From: Raillietiella orientalis
Lineage: Eukaryota
NCBI GenBank assembly: GCA_036172245.1
Contig: JAYWIR010000009.1
Coordinates: forward strand, 4,526,001-4,590,000
DNA length: 64,000 nt
Direction: 5' to 3'
The notes beneath the pieces are model-generated. The model worked only from the letters and a program-made list of their open reading frames with translations, was not told the DNA's origin and ran no database searches. The stretch's first letter is position 1, and every line of letters begins with the position of its first letter. Shown piece after piece: positions 49,633-62,322 of the stretch. The position numbers and the translations under genes were made by a program.

Positions 49633-51599
49633 TTTAGTCTTAGCAGTACGCTTTTGTTGCTGCTCAGCATTGCTTACTAGTTCTGCAGTTGTGAAATGAT
49701 CGCATGCTATGGATAGTTTCGTAGTTACATCAGGTATTTAGATGATGCAGGACACTTCGGTCTTTCTACCGGGGTTTGTGGTGAGTTCCACTGTAAGGAT
49801 TTACTCTGTCTCGAAGTAGACTGTATCATGTATGAAGAGCATGGCATACGCTTGTAAAACTTTTAAAGCATGCGTGTGGGCGTTATCAAGAATTTCCCAA
49901 GCATGCTAAAATGAGAAACGAAAATCCATAGTGATGAAGATTACATCGAACGCTTATTTGATTTTATTTGATATCTTAAAGCAACATACAAAGTAAGGTC
50001 CAATTCAGGATGAGTTCGATTATGAGTACCTTTGTAAAGTGAATAAGTAGCCATGACAAAACAAAGTGAATGTTTGCTCCTGTGTCAAAGCCCATCCAAA
50101 CATAAAGTGATCAATTTCAAAAGAAATGATAGAATTTAGAAATTCATTTTAATTGGTCGATTAGTTTCCATTATGTTATAATGGAAGTCTAATAGAAAAG
50201 GTATGCCGGTCGTCTAAATGGCATCTGAGTTAAAAATACTAAACTTTTTTGTATCGGTGAAAAATGAAATGATATAGCAGTCAACTTTCTTTTCATAACC
50301 AACGTACTCTGCATGGGCATTATGTAAATAATGTCCGTCACTCACTTTATCATTTTTTGCATTTGTTACATATTATTACAGATTGTAACCTCATACAATT
50401 CAGGCTCCATAACTTTTGCAAAAACATCAGCGCGTAAGGTTTCAGTGAAGAATGCGATGTTGAATTGTGTTACTAAGAGTAATACATGATCATCATCTCG
50501 GATTCTACTCTTTCCCTCCATGCAACTAGGCATTAGATCAGTCTTCATTGCAGGTTCTCATTCGAAATTAGCAGCTTCAAGAACTAAGATTTGACTCCAG
50601 ATCGATAAAGTTTGATGAAACAGATCACAACTGTAAATTTCCTGAGCACAATGAGTTGCAACAATCATGACGTGAAACTTTAAAAGTAAAAATGGCAAGG
50701 TCTGTTCAAAAACTGCAGTTTTATTTATTCAGCACGAGAGAGTAACTTATTGATCGTCAACATGTTCCATGAAAACGAAGATGTTTCCTAATGATTCCAA
50801 GCTAGCCTCTCTAAAACAAAAGTCGCCGATGTCACTGCAGAAAGTAGATACACTTACCATAAAAACATCTCCATTGTATATTATTAACTACAGCATTTCG
50901 ACTTTCAGAAACAGCAAGATAAGATGATTTCATAAGCAAATAAAGTTACACTTCGTTTGCTTATGACATGAAAAAGTTACACAAAGGTAAAAATGGAAAT
51001 ATGATGTGTTTTTGTTACGCTAATGAAATCTTCGATTTCAGTACAAAATGTTATTTAATACAATGATATATTATCAAAACATTTTACTAATGAGCTCCAA
51101 AAAACGTAGTGAATTATGTTTTTTTCGTAATATAAAAGGTCCCTATTTTGCTGAATGTGCTCTGTGGGAAACCAGCAATAAGTTCGTAGTTCTTTTCCTT
51201 GAAGCTTTGAACCGTGTTATGAAATGACGGCAATCCTGTTTTTTCCTTAGTCAATGGAAACGTAGGTGGCGGTGTTTTTATCCCACAATTATTTTTATCG
51301 GTTGAGAGTATGTGAAAAGAGGTAAAAGTAGGATATTTTTTTTTCCAGAGAAAGTCTCTTAGTGTTTGTTAAATATTTCAGTGACGAAACTCGAAAACTA
51401 CACTGAAGCATAAGATGAAGTTGGAATCTGTGTTATCGCATAACTACTTTGACAGGATCGTGAAAGTAATCACGTAAACATTGCTTGTAGGTACATACCA
51501 TTCTTATTCCAACTAATAAAAGTGTGGACGAAGTTGATCGGCATAGGGCCAATCAGAATAACCGTATGATGTGATACCACAACTGTAGAATATATTCAT

Positions 51600-52471
51600 A
51601 TGCATCTTAAAAACGAAGTAAAGAAGAGAATTCTTCAGTTGAATTCTATTCCAAGTGAAGGTATGACATGCTTTAGTAAATTGTTTAATTGGTGCAGGTG
51701 TATGAAGTGCTTTAATTTCCAATTTCCAGGTTTAGAGGCTTTGTTTTCTTTTGTTTCAAAAATTATAGCAAAAGAAACTCTTTTGAATGAGCTGAAACAT
51801 GTAACCAGTAAGTAATTTTGTGTTTTGTCAGACATAAGAAAATTGGAGATTCCAACCATTTCCATTGTCTCTAGTTAGCGGAATAGATGAAAATGCCAAA
51901 ACGCTTTTTGTTGAAGCAATTATGTCGTTGATTTATGAGAGTACGAAAAATACGGTATGTGTTGTATTATGGTTAATTTAATTTTTAGTGATTAATGAAT
52001 CATATGGTGCTATTGTTTTACATATATATCCTTCCTAGCTTACCTTGGAAAAATTTCGTGATGTTTTGGATATGTTTGGTATGACTGAACCTTGCAAAAA
52101 GGGTCTAATTGATACATACATGTATTTTACGTCCATTCATAAACCATCTAGAACTTGCTTTATCAGTTGTCCACACTATAAAAATATTTCTTTAAATTTG
52201 GATTTCGAGGTATCATATGGTGGTTGTTCGAACTAACATTTAATAAAAACTTTAGGTAGCATCAATGAACTGTCAGAAAATGACTCCCAGTTACAACATA
52301 AAACTTGAATTGAGTAATGCATCCAATATTGAAACAGTATTATTTAAAGCAACGCCACAAAACCTTATACATATGAAAGAAGAACTAGAGAAGGCAAAAC
52401 AAGTAGAAAGTAGCCCACATTTTCAAAAGGTAAAAGGTTTAAAGAAATGGTTCAAAGAAATGTCAAACTGA
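51600..52471 (+). CDS. COMMD2: COMM domain-containing protein 2
   Basis: Exons 51600-51660, 51730-51808, 51875-51954, 52039-52209, 52256-52471 give an open spliced ORF. COMM domain PHYKNISLNLDFEVASMN...PSYNIKLEL...KATPQNLIHMKEELEKA...SPHFQKV matches the COMMD2 layout. Confidence 0.82.
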
Positions 52472-53779
52472 CATGAAAAGTGTATACCGAGAGATAACTG
52501 AAGTGTGTGTATCCTCTGGAACTTTATAAATAAGAACTGTTGTTAATTTTTAATGTATGGGAAATACATTCTGCCACTCATGAATTGGAATTATATCGCA
52601 TACTGCGTACAAAAAGACATGAATTTAATGACTGTAGCAAAGTTCTGTGTTGATTTCTGCCCATTATGTCTTCAAGGAAGTGTTCTTTCAAAAAACCGTG
52701 TAGTGGATTGTTTTAATTAAATTTCTGCACCATCAGTCGATTAAGTACTTTAGTGAGGAGGAAGTGATATTAACTTTGTCTGATTTTTCTGATCACTGTC
52801 ACATTAGAATGACACCTAATCCCGAAAACGTTTTATTGGGAGTGAATATTCCCTATTGGCACCCGATAAGATGATTGCCATTCAGAACTTTCCATAAGTT
52901 CAAACCCTTTTTGTCGAAGATTCATTCCAAAATAATTTTTGTAAAGTTTCAATCATCAAGCATGCTACAGGGTTCAGGAGCTCTTCGAAATAATTAGAAG
53001 AGTAATTCCAGTGTTTCGCAAAGCTGATGAAACAAAAATGCTGATGTTCAGCTCCACACGTAGCATTTACATGTTCACCATTTCGTAGATCATTCAAATC
53101 TGAGAACATCGTTCAAAGCAGTTGACTCTAAGCGATGCAAATTTGTAATTGCCCCACTTCGAGCCCGCCTTCGTGGAATATTGTGAAATCGTGCTTATTT
53201 GAAATGTGTTTCCAGTAAGACGTGCCACCGTCGAAATTTTCTCGGAATCGCAAAATCGGGAACCGATCCGCTTGCGGGAGCGTTTCACACAATCCTGTGT
53301 GAATTGGCTGCTGCACGTTGTGGGGTACATTTTTGTGATTGCATGGGTTCCTAACTGTCCATGTGAGGGAGGCATGTGGGGTCGCTGCTCGGATTCGTAC
53401 CCGGGCAAGAAACGTCAAAAGGTGCGGGGTGTGCTCCGACACCGGAGTGCTTTTATTTGGTGACACCGTGGAGAAAGGGGCAGTGGAAACGGGAAAACTT
53501 GTACGAGCAGACCGCGGCTAATGCGAATGACGCGCCCTGTGAAACACACAATTCCATGGACAACACGTAACCGGTTGTGGCCTCCACGGGGATGAGCGAC
53601 TTGGGCTTTTTTAGGGGCGGAGACTGTCTGTTAAACTCACTTGCCGAAAAATAAAAAGAACTACTTGAAATGTAAATTTGTTAAATTCGCAGAGTAGTTA
53701 CAGAAAGCTAAACGAAAGCAAAAAAAAAAAAATCGAAACGAAGGCATCCGAGAGAGAACGATGTCTGTGCTGCTTTCCG

Positions 53780-54075
53780 TAGCGGCCTGGGCTGAGCCCT
53801 TTTCCCTCGAACCTCCTCCGCACAGCACACGTTTGCAGCGCCAGAGGGCATTATCGATAGCGACGACTGTGCATACTTTGATGGAGACTAGCATCTGCAT
53901 CCATGATTTCTTGCTTCGCAGCTTCCATAGCATGGAACATATCGTTAGGGTCCATAAGGGGCGAGCTCCTCCGCCTGCAGATCGTCAACGCGTCCTTTGG
54001 CATCATTGGTCCTTTGGCTCCAGATGCCCTTTGTTGATCTGAAGCATCATCGGTCTGCTCTTCCGAAGTGGGCAT
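53780..54075 (-). mobile_element. Possible Tigger/pogo transposase C-terminal fragment
   Basis: DMFHAMEAAKQEIMDADASLHQSM, followed by IDNALWRCK in a shifted frame, resembles the Tigger-type C-terminus (IFH.IE.AK..M.EADP.LERSM...IE..L..Y). Confidence 0.45.
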
Positions 54076-56299
54076 TTCCCGGTCACCGTTTGCTGGTGCC
54101 GATGTTCGTTTCCTCCACAGCAGGTGTTTCCTCGAAATCGGATTGTTCCTTTAACGACAGGCTGCTCTTTTTTTTTTTTTTTTGCACTCGTGTTTTTCTC
54201 TGAAAAAGCGTTCCTCTTGTCCGTTTTCTCTAAGCGTATTTTTTCTTTTTCAAATAGTTGAAACATGGAAGAGGGGATGAATAGTACGACAGACAGCAGC
54301 TCGTGCATATTCAGATTGGAACGCAGTGCCTGAAGCCCCCACGGGAACCTGTGGATCTTTGACTGCCCGTGTTCTAGTACACATGGACCGGATTTCGGTT
54401 TCGATTGCCAAGAAAATCCATGCAAATCAACCCCGGAAGGTAGTCCATTTTTATGCTCAAGAGCCCCTATGCTGGCGCGAGGCATTCAGAGAAGGGTAGT
54501 CGGAAAGCAGGCAACCGGTCCAGATCCGTGCGTCCAGATCCATTCTGAATCTGCAGACGTGCGATCCTGAACGATTCTTGGTGGGATTAGGAGCCCGTGG
54601 TTTGGAACCTTGTTCTTGGCTTCCTCCTCCACACGGAACTCTCCAAGTTCTGTCAACGGAGGAGCGTTGAGCCGTGGGTTTGTGCGTTGAGTCCTCGCCA
54701 GGTCGTGTGTTCCTCGCTCCATGGTGTGCACTAATCAAGTGTTTCTCGAAACCATTTTCCAATACCAAACGCAGCTCGCTGCTTATAAGAAAATAATGCA
54801 CGGGCCCTGTTCCCGCAAAATCCAGATGACAAAGGACGACGTGTAAGACTTCAGGTGATTCACCATTACGATAAATATTTCTGTACGTCGACTGATAGCG
54901 ACTGCGAGTATTCACAATCGACTTCAACTATTCTGCAAGTGACTTAACATTTCATGTGAGCATATTGAAAGGAAACTTTCCAAACTGTTTGCTTGTGTGT
55001 GGCGAGTCAGCACATTATAAGGAAACTTGAAAATATCCTTTCACAATAAGTCTTGGCTTCTTCAGAGAATAAAAGAGAGTTCTTGTCTTTTGTGAGAGAA
55101 CGCGCAAGCTGCACTTTGAGTCATACGGTCTTTGGTAACGTATTGCTTGATTTTAAGAGAGAATCAGAGATCTTAACAGTGCAATGTGGGTATCCTTCAG
55201 GGATGGTCAATGGTCATGGTTAATTTGGATAAGCGAAACGGAGGTAGTTTGTTCCTGGGGCAAAAAAAAATTGCAGCGCACTTTTGAATGTGCACAAATA
55301 GAAAGTGCATTGAAAAGTTTTTTCCGAGAAACGCAAAAGGAATCCAAGCGAATCTGGTTCGTCAGGCACGAGAGTCCTCGGCATGTTGCAGGCGCACGCA
55401 ACCGCAGCTGAAGACTTTGATGCCGGCCTTGGGGCAGGGTGCTCCTGCCGTCCGCAGTGGCCAGGCGTGAAGTGGCAGTTGCGGTGGCTGTTGCTCTTGT
55501 CACCATTCCAACCCAAGACCATCTACTACGGATGTCCATAAGCATAATCAAAGGACATCTCGTAAACGTTTTTCTCAGCAATACGATTTCTGAAGAAATG
55601 TGGTATTGTAACGTAGAAAGAAATAAAAAGTAAACAATAAGAAATTCCAATGGACACAGAGACGTGGGTGCTTTCCTTTCATACATAAACTGCATGGGGA
55701 GATGCGAGAAGAAGCTGGTTTCACTTCACCTGGCCAACGTGTTCGAGCTTGTGGTTCCATTCCACATAACCTCTAAGAAAGATGTTGCGTCTTCGCCGTT
55801 CGCACCTATCAAGATCCTCCAAACTTTAATGTGCCAAAGCATAGTTTGTTTCTTCTTTCAGCCTGGGGCGCAGGCAAACTTACGTTTGCTTTCCCTTATT
55901 CCTGGATCTCGATGGAAGGACTGGAATCGGATTTACCCATCAGCGTTCTGTTCCGACTAGTGCCGCACTATTTTGCAACCACCGCAGCCACAATCACAAT
56001 TAGCTTACCTTAAGGTAATGACCGGTTTCCATCTAAAAAGAGAAACATATTTTTCTCTGCGCACTTTAGGTCTTTGATCTCCTCCATGGAAAGGGTGCTC
56101 AAGATATTAAGAGCTTACTGTTCCCGGAATCGAATGGGTATTCAGGATGAAGTGCGTTGATATTCCATGGTCATATAGCAGCAGCACAGAAATCTAAGGG
56201 CTACCTACGTAAGAGTTTGATAAAGCTCGATAAGCTGGCTTTCCTGATAAGCTGGTTTCACAATGTTCTCCTGATCATTTTAGAGGAGGATAATTAGTT

Positions 56300-58700
56300 A
56301 TGAAGTCATTTGGAAGATAAAATAAATGTAACTCCACTCCAGAGCTGATGATAAGAATAGCCACGATGGCAGTGGACGAAGGAGCAGTAAAGCTGAAACA
56401 CGTTAAGCAGATGGGACGAAAAATAATTCTCGACGAGCAGTTTTTGGGGTGTGCATATCCTTAATTCTTTCCTTGCTGGCGACGTTGCTACGAGCCTTCT
56501 CGAAAAAATGTGGTTTCCATAGAACATGCTCTCTAGAAGGAATCGCTTGGTCGTCGTCGTTCTTCTTGCCCAAAGCCATTTGTCGTCCTCGAGGTAAAAT
56601 GCCGTATCGATTTTGTCGGTGAAACTCGAGGGTAGGGACATCTTACCCCACATGCTGAGTGTATGCGTGGTGGAAACCGGAAGGAGAGATTCAGGTATGA
56701 TGTATGGTGAATGCATACACTGCAATAGAAAATGGCACGGAGTCTTAATATCAGAGAGAAGCATGGATGAGCTTCCAGTCAGCATGGATCTCTTTGATAT
56801 AGAGACATTTTTAATTTATTCGAAAGCAACGTGGCATTACTATTTATTTATTTGGGAATATTTCATGTGGAAGGGCTGGCAATGATCGTGTCGAACGTGG
56901 TGAGGAAAGACTCGCGAAAAGCTGTGCTTTTCGCAGTTTGCAATACAAAGACTTCTAAAGTACACGTGAGAATGGTGGTGGTTATGCGTTTCATTCACTT
57001 GCAGAGTTTTCAAGTCGAAACTGCTGAATTGAAATCCAGTTGTTCTCTACTTTTCCTCAACCAGGCTACGCATGTTTATTTGATTATCTGTTGGTTCGTC
57101 GTTTGAGGGGCGTGTGAGGCTTACCAGAGGCTTCCACGCTGCATGTGCTCCTGTCGTTAGAAGAAAGTAAATTCAGCTAATCTCCTTAGGAAAGATGCTG
57201 AACAAGAGAAGAATCGGCTTTCACGAGCTCCATATATCTTTCCCTTTGTTTCACTTGGTTTGCAGTATTCTGTTCCTGAAGTTCGGGAGCGAAGCTTTTC
57301 ATTATACGAAAATCGATCGTACGTGCTGTATGTATTACATTCACATAACGTCGACTCACTACGCATCTATTAAATACCCGGACCTTAAAGTATGTGTTCT
57401 CGGAAATACATTGATAATCCGTCATTTTGCATTCATGGATTCGATAAAGCATCATGAAGGCCCCTTTTGTGGTGAGAGCTTCCCCTAATTTTTAGCTATT
57501 CCCAAACATCAAAGTCCGAAAATTTATTCCTTACAAAGTGTGTGTGTTCTCCTTTCTCTCTACTTGCTAATAGGAAAAAAAAAAAAGCATTCTGCATGCT
57601 CACGAGGAGGAGCACCGCAGTTCTCCGTTCCCCCCTTCCATGTTCCCTTAATGTGTGCACACCATCACTATTTGAAGTTTCGTTTTCGAAAATGGCGCTG
57701 CCATGTGGTGTGGCCGTGCCCTACCACTTTTCATCTTCTCCGCTTTGATTTCCAGGTCACTCGGCCTCATCCCTACACTTTGCTTCAAGTGAAAGATTTG
57801 AAGGTTCCTCACCGTGCAAACGATTTTCAATGCAGGGATGGCAGCAGGGGGAGAAATTCTCTGTTCCGGAACGGTTCTTTCCAGGACTATCCCTGGAGAG
57901 CGTTTACCCAAATTTCTCAAAAAGCAGGGGATTTCAATTCGGAACGGGTCCAAGAGTTTCTTTTGCATTTTCTTCCTGCTAAGCAGGTACTGAGATCCTC
58001 ATCGTTCCAGTTTTTCTTGATCCTTATGCTATATACATTGCAGGGGGTTCCTGTGGAATCCCAGTGGAGTGTGCCAGACGATGCAAAGGTCCACGCTGTG
58101 GAGCACGTGGAGTGAGGAATTTCAAGTTTCAAGATTTTCCATTTCGATTTGTCGCTTCCTTGCTGGCTAGGCGACAATCACATTAACAACAACAAGAGAA
58201 AGAGAGAGAGAGAGAGAGAAAAATCATAATTATGCAAAGTGGAACCACGGCGTCGTTGACTGACGGTCTTTCGGAAGACCAAAGCCACGTGAAACTACGA
58301 GGGATCAGAGCCATACCAAAAGCAAATTGGGTATACGAAAGGAAATTCCTCCGTCCGGTTTCTGACTACTTTTGCACTTACTCGGGTGTGCTGGAAACCT
58401 CTCTGATGCTTGGAGAATCAGATCGCAGTTGCATGAATCTTCCACAGCCCTCTTTCAGCCTCCACGAGTGAGTTGGAGGAATGTTTTCGAAGATGGGAAA
58501 AGTACTTATGAATTTGCATCGAAAACTCCCGTCTTGTTCCATTCGTCACTGACGCCATTTTCGAACTAATGCTATTTTTTTTTTTTGGACAGGTTTCACA
58601 GTAAATAGAGTGACTGGGATTACACAGCGGTTCGTGAAAATACGTCTTTTTGCTAGGAATTTCTGATGGGACACGGAAATACGTTCCTTCCAATAAAGTT
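56300..58700. mobile_element. Cluster of very decayed hAT-like fragments
   Basis: NYFSSHLLNV (-, about 56410), GECIHCNRKWHGVL (+, about 56710, BED-finger-like), ENTYFKVRVFN (-, about 57390) and ENIPPTHSW...SPSIREVSST (-, about 58400-58490, dimerisation-domain-like). The pieces are non-colinear and weak. Confidence 0.3.
58195..58218. repeat. (AG)n microsatellite
   Basis: agagaaagagagagagagagagag read directly. Confidence 0.85.
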
Positions 58701-59172
58701 TTCCAAGAGACTGGAGGATCAAAGAAACGAGGGCCGCCCCATGAAATTGCTTCGGTGTTCGATTAGTGCTGAGCCTACTTTTGGAAGGCGAAACGAGGAC
58801 GGGGAAAAGGACAAAATCTGATAAAGGACAAGTTCCATCGAAAGCATCCGTTCTCCATCAACTCATGGGCTAGATTGTTCAAATGTTCTCAAAATGTATA
58901 ATTCGAAATGAGTTTTGCAGTTTCGGTTTAAGCATGTTTTATTTCATCCACATATATGAATTTCAGTACCCAATAGTAGAATGCAAATGTATGTTTTCGT
59001 TTATTGTAGGGTACGTATTCATGCATGATTCCACTCTATTAAATGAGCGGTTGTTTCACCGAGTTCCAAAAAGATGGCACCACAGTCCCGAGTAGGTGTG
59101 CATGGTTTCGTGAGGATGAACAGCGTAAATCATGCATGGAAAAAATGAATCAGCGTTTCCTCTGAAGAAATT

Positions 59173-61343
59173 ATGAAAAATAGTTATGGCTGCATGCATC
59201 TTCAAAATTTCAAATCGACTAAAGGTGTTGAACCATATGCCTTGATTTTGTCATGCTTTGTTGACACTTCATCCTCAAAAAACCAGCAAAAGAAGGTGTG
59301 TTTACCAGCGAGGTTGAATCAGCTGATTGTTGACAGTAACAGTCCGATAATTACCAATTTGTACTTTGTTTGCAGAAAAAGCGAGTGCATAACTTCAGGC
59401 AAACTGAGGTTTATAAACGTACATTTAAAAGATGTTTGGGTGGTAATCGAATGATGCGACTTTTTTTTTTATCATTCGGTTACCTGAATGTAACATTGTT
59501 CCCATGACTACCCGACGACTTTGCCCATCGGTTCGAGCATAAAATGTGTGAAAGCCGGGAAAATGTTTCCTATTTTTTTTACTCGTTGCTCGTGGCTGCA
59601 TGAATTAACTGCATAATTTCTGATGATGGTTGGATTGATGCAATAATCAAATTTTTTTATAGACATACTCATTTAGATGCTGTAAATGCCGATGCTTTGG
59701 ATTCAGACTGCATTCTTGCCTGCATTGTATTTATTTTGGCTGTTACAATGGCCATATCCAAGAACACTTTAACGTGTACAAGCATTTTCTTGGTAAGTAT
59801 GTTTCGAAATGCAATCATCATTTGTGTGCAATTTCACATTTTCATGATTTAAAGCTGTAGAACTCAATTATGGAAACATAATATGCTTTGAATGTGGAGA
59901 TTATGTTTATGACAAAGAATTGGAAAGCATAGCTCTACAAGCAAGGTGTAACACCTTTCGTTTCCTGGGAGTGGGAGAGTATTATCATTCATGGGAACCG
60001 AGTGACAAAGAAATAAAACTTTTGCTGAAAAATCGTAGAAGAAAAAGAATTACAGATAATTCGACTATAGGTAAAGTAAATGATTGTTATCAATAACTGT
60101 GATTGTGTTCAGGATTACGGGGCCTCATAAACTTAGGAAATACATGCTTTATGAATTGTATTGTCCAAACGTTGATCCATACGCCTTTGTTACGTGATTT
60201 TTTTCTTGCTGAAAAACATATATGTCAGCAGCAAAACAAATCTTGCCTAGTTTGTGAAGTGTCTCATCTTTTTCAAGAGGTGACCCTTTTTGTTGATGAC
60301 CATTACTAGTTACAGAAATGAGCAATAGGGAGTGAATGACTAAATTTTTTACAGTTCTATTCAGGGAATCGGCAGCCTCTTATTCTCAATAGACTACTTC
60401 ATCTTATCTGGACACACGCCAGGCATTTAGCTGGTTATGAACAACAAGACGCCCATGAATTTTTCATTGCTGCATTAGATGTGCTACATCGCCATTGTAA
60501 AAATTCGAATGGCCTCACAGAATTCAACCCTTATCACTGCAATTGCATCATAGATCAGATTTTCACTGGAGGTTTGCAAAGTGATGTGGTTTGCCAAGCA
60601 TGCAAGTAGGCCGTTTTTCTGCATATACAGCTTTATACTGAATGTTCCAGTGGTGTGTCTACTACCATTGATCCTTTTTGGGATATATCCCTGGATATTG
60701 GTTCGTCCTCACAAGATGAACCTGAGTCTTTGTCCTTGTTGGACTGCCTAGATCGCTTCACTCAACCAGAACATCTTGGCAGCTCGGCAAAAATCAAGTG
60801 CAGTTCATGCCAGAGCTACCAAGAATCTACCAAGCAGTTGACAATGAAGACTCTTCCCATTGTAGCTAGTTTCCACTTGAAGGTAAATCATACTGAACGA
60901 GTTTGTGTATTGTATTGCTCAATAGAGATTTGAACATTCCAATCGTTTTCACAAAAAGATCTCATCATTTATCTCGTTTCCGGAGTATCTGGATATGACA
61001 CCTTTTATGTCATATCAGCGAGCCAAGGGACTGCGCTCCTCTATGCTAACAGACAATACGTAAAGTTTCTTTATAACATTGATGTAGCACCAATGTTGTG
61101 CTGATAGGTATGCACTTTTTGCAGTAGTCAACCATGTTGGAACAATTGAGGCTGGTCACTACACAGCATATATTCGTCAGCATCGAAATCAGTGGTTCAA
61201 ATGTGATGATCATCTTATTACTAGGACCCGTGTCAAAGATGTGCTGAACAGTGAAGGGTAAGTCTAATAATAACAACCAAAGCTCATCACCTTCTTTCAG
61301 CTATTTATTATTTTACCATAAACAGATTTTAGAGTATGAGTGA
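59173..61343 (+). CDS. USP22: Ubiquitin carboxyl-terminal hydrolase 22 (nonstop/USP22, SAGA DUB module)
   Basis: Exons 59173-59295, 59663-59792, 59855-60070, 60113-60279, 60355-60605, 60651-60882, 60926-61059, 61108-61257, 61301-61343. Motifs: ZnF-UBP ([18 protein letters not shown]...[10 protein letters not shown]), Cys box [34 protein letters not shown], His box [19 protein letters not shown] and C-terminal [13 protein letters not shown]. Confidence 0.97.
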
Positions 61344-61429
61344 AGCATTCTTAATTCTATTTTGGATAATGTATTCCAATCATCCAAAAACCTCAATACA
61401 ATTTTTTTTAAAAAAATTTGCTTCCTGTC

Positions 61430-62322
61430 TTAAGACCAGTCTTTGCAGATCTCGAACTGCCATTTCCATTTAAGGTGCTTGTTACCATCATCATCAGTAA
61501 ACAGTGACTTCACAGTATATAACCCACGAAATAATGATCGTGGTGCTTGTTCCACCGGTGCTGTGAAGCTCTGTAATTCCAGTTTAGGTGCATAGCTGCC
61601 AACCATGTGATCCACTTTATCCACTGAATCACAGTTTATATAGCCCAGAGTTGACTGTCATTTTACCTAGAAGTCCTTTGCGGTATGTCTTTTGGACATA
61701 TTTCAAACCATGAACTATTTCTCTCTGCACATAAAACTCAATCCGAATACGATACTGAATGCCATCTTTGATGCAAAAGGTCTATATCCTAGATAGCATT
61801 GTATCTGATTTCCTCCTGCTTACCTTGTGTTTCAGTTGTTCTACATCTTGTGTGAGATCCAGCTCCATTGGATTTCGTCCATCTGTGAGAAGGATCAATT
61901 TTGTTACAATAACTTTTCTCATATCATTAGGATCTAAAAAAAAAAAAAAAAAAAAAAATAAGTAGCAGTGAGACATGCATGCAGAATTACAATTTGTCTT
62001 TGATAATCGTGATCACACAAAGTGCTTCTGAATATTTCAGTAAGCATGAAAAGTTTCATTTGCTAATAATTATTTTGCAGGCCAAAAAGATTAGAATGAT
62101 CTTCCAACCCATACTCGCAAATTTATAATTTCATAAATGCATACCTACTATTACAGATCCCGTTTTTACATTTCCTAGTAATAATTCTTTATACTTTCGC
62201 AATGAATCGTCATCTTTATCAGTGGACAGCAAATCATCAATTGATTTCATAGGAGGTGGCTTATAATTAATGTCTAATTCCTCTTTAAACTCGGCTTCCA
62301 GTGACTCAACATCACCAGACAT
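61430..62322 (-). CDS. ARHGDIA: Rho GDP-dissociation inhibitor
   Basis: Exons 62322-62145, 61933-61824, 61781-61667, 61623-61430. Motifs: YKPPPMKS...DKDDDSLRKYKELLLG, DPNDMRKVIV, IKDGIQYRIRIEFYVQREIVHGLKY, MVGSYAPK, APRSLFRG.Y.VKSLFTDDD and WQFEICKDW. Confidence 0.96.
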
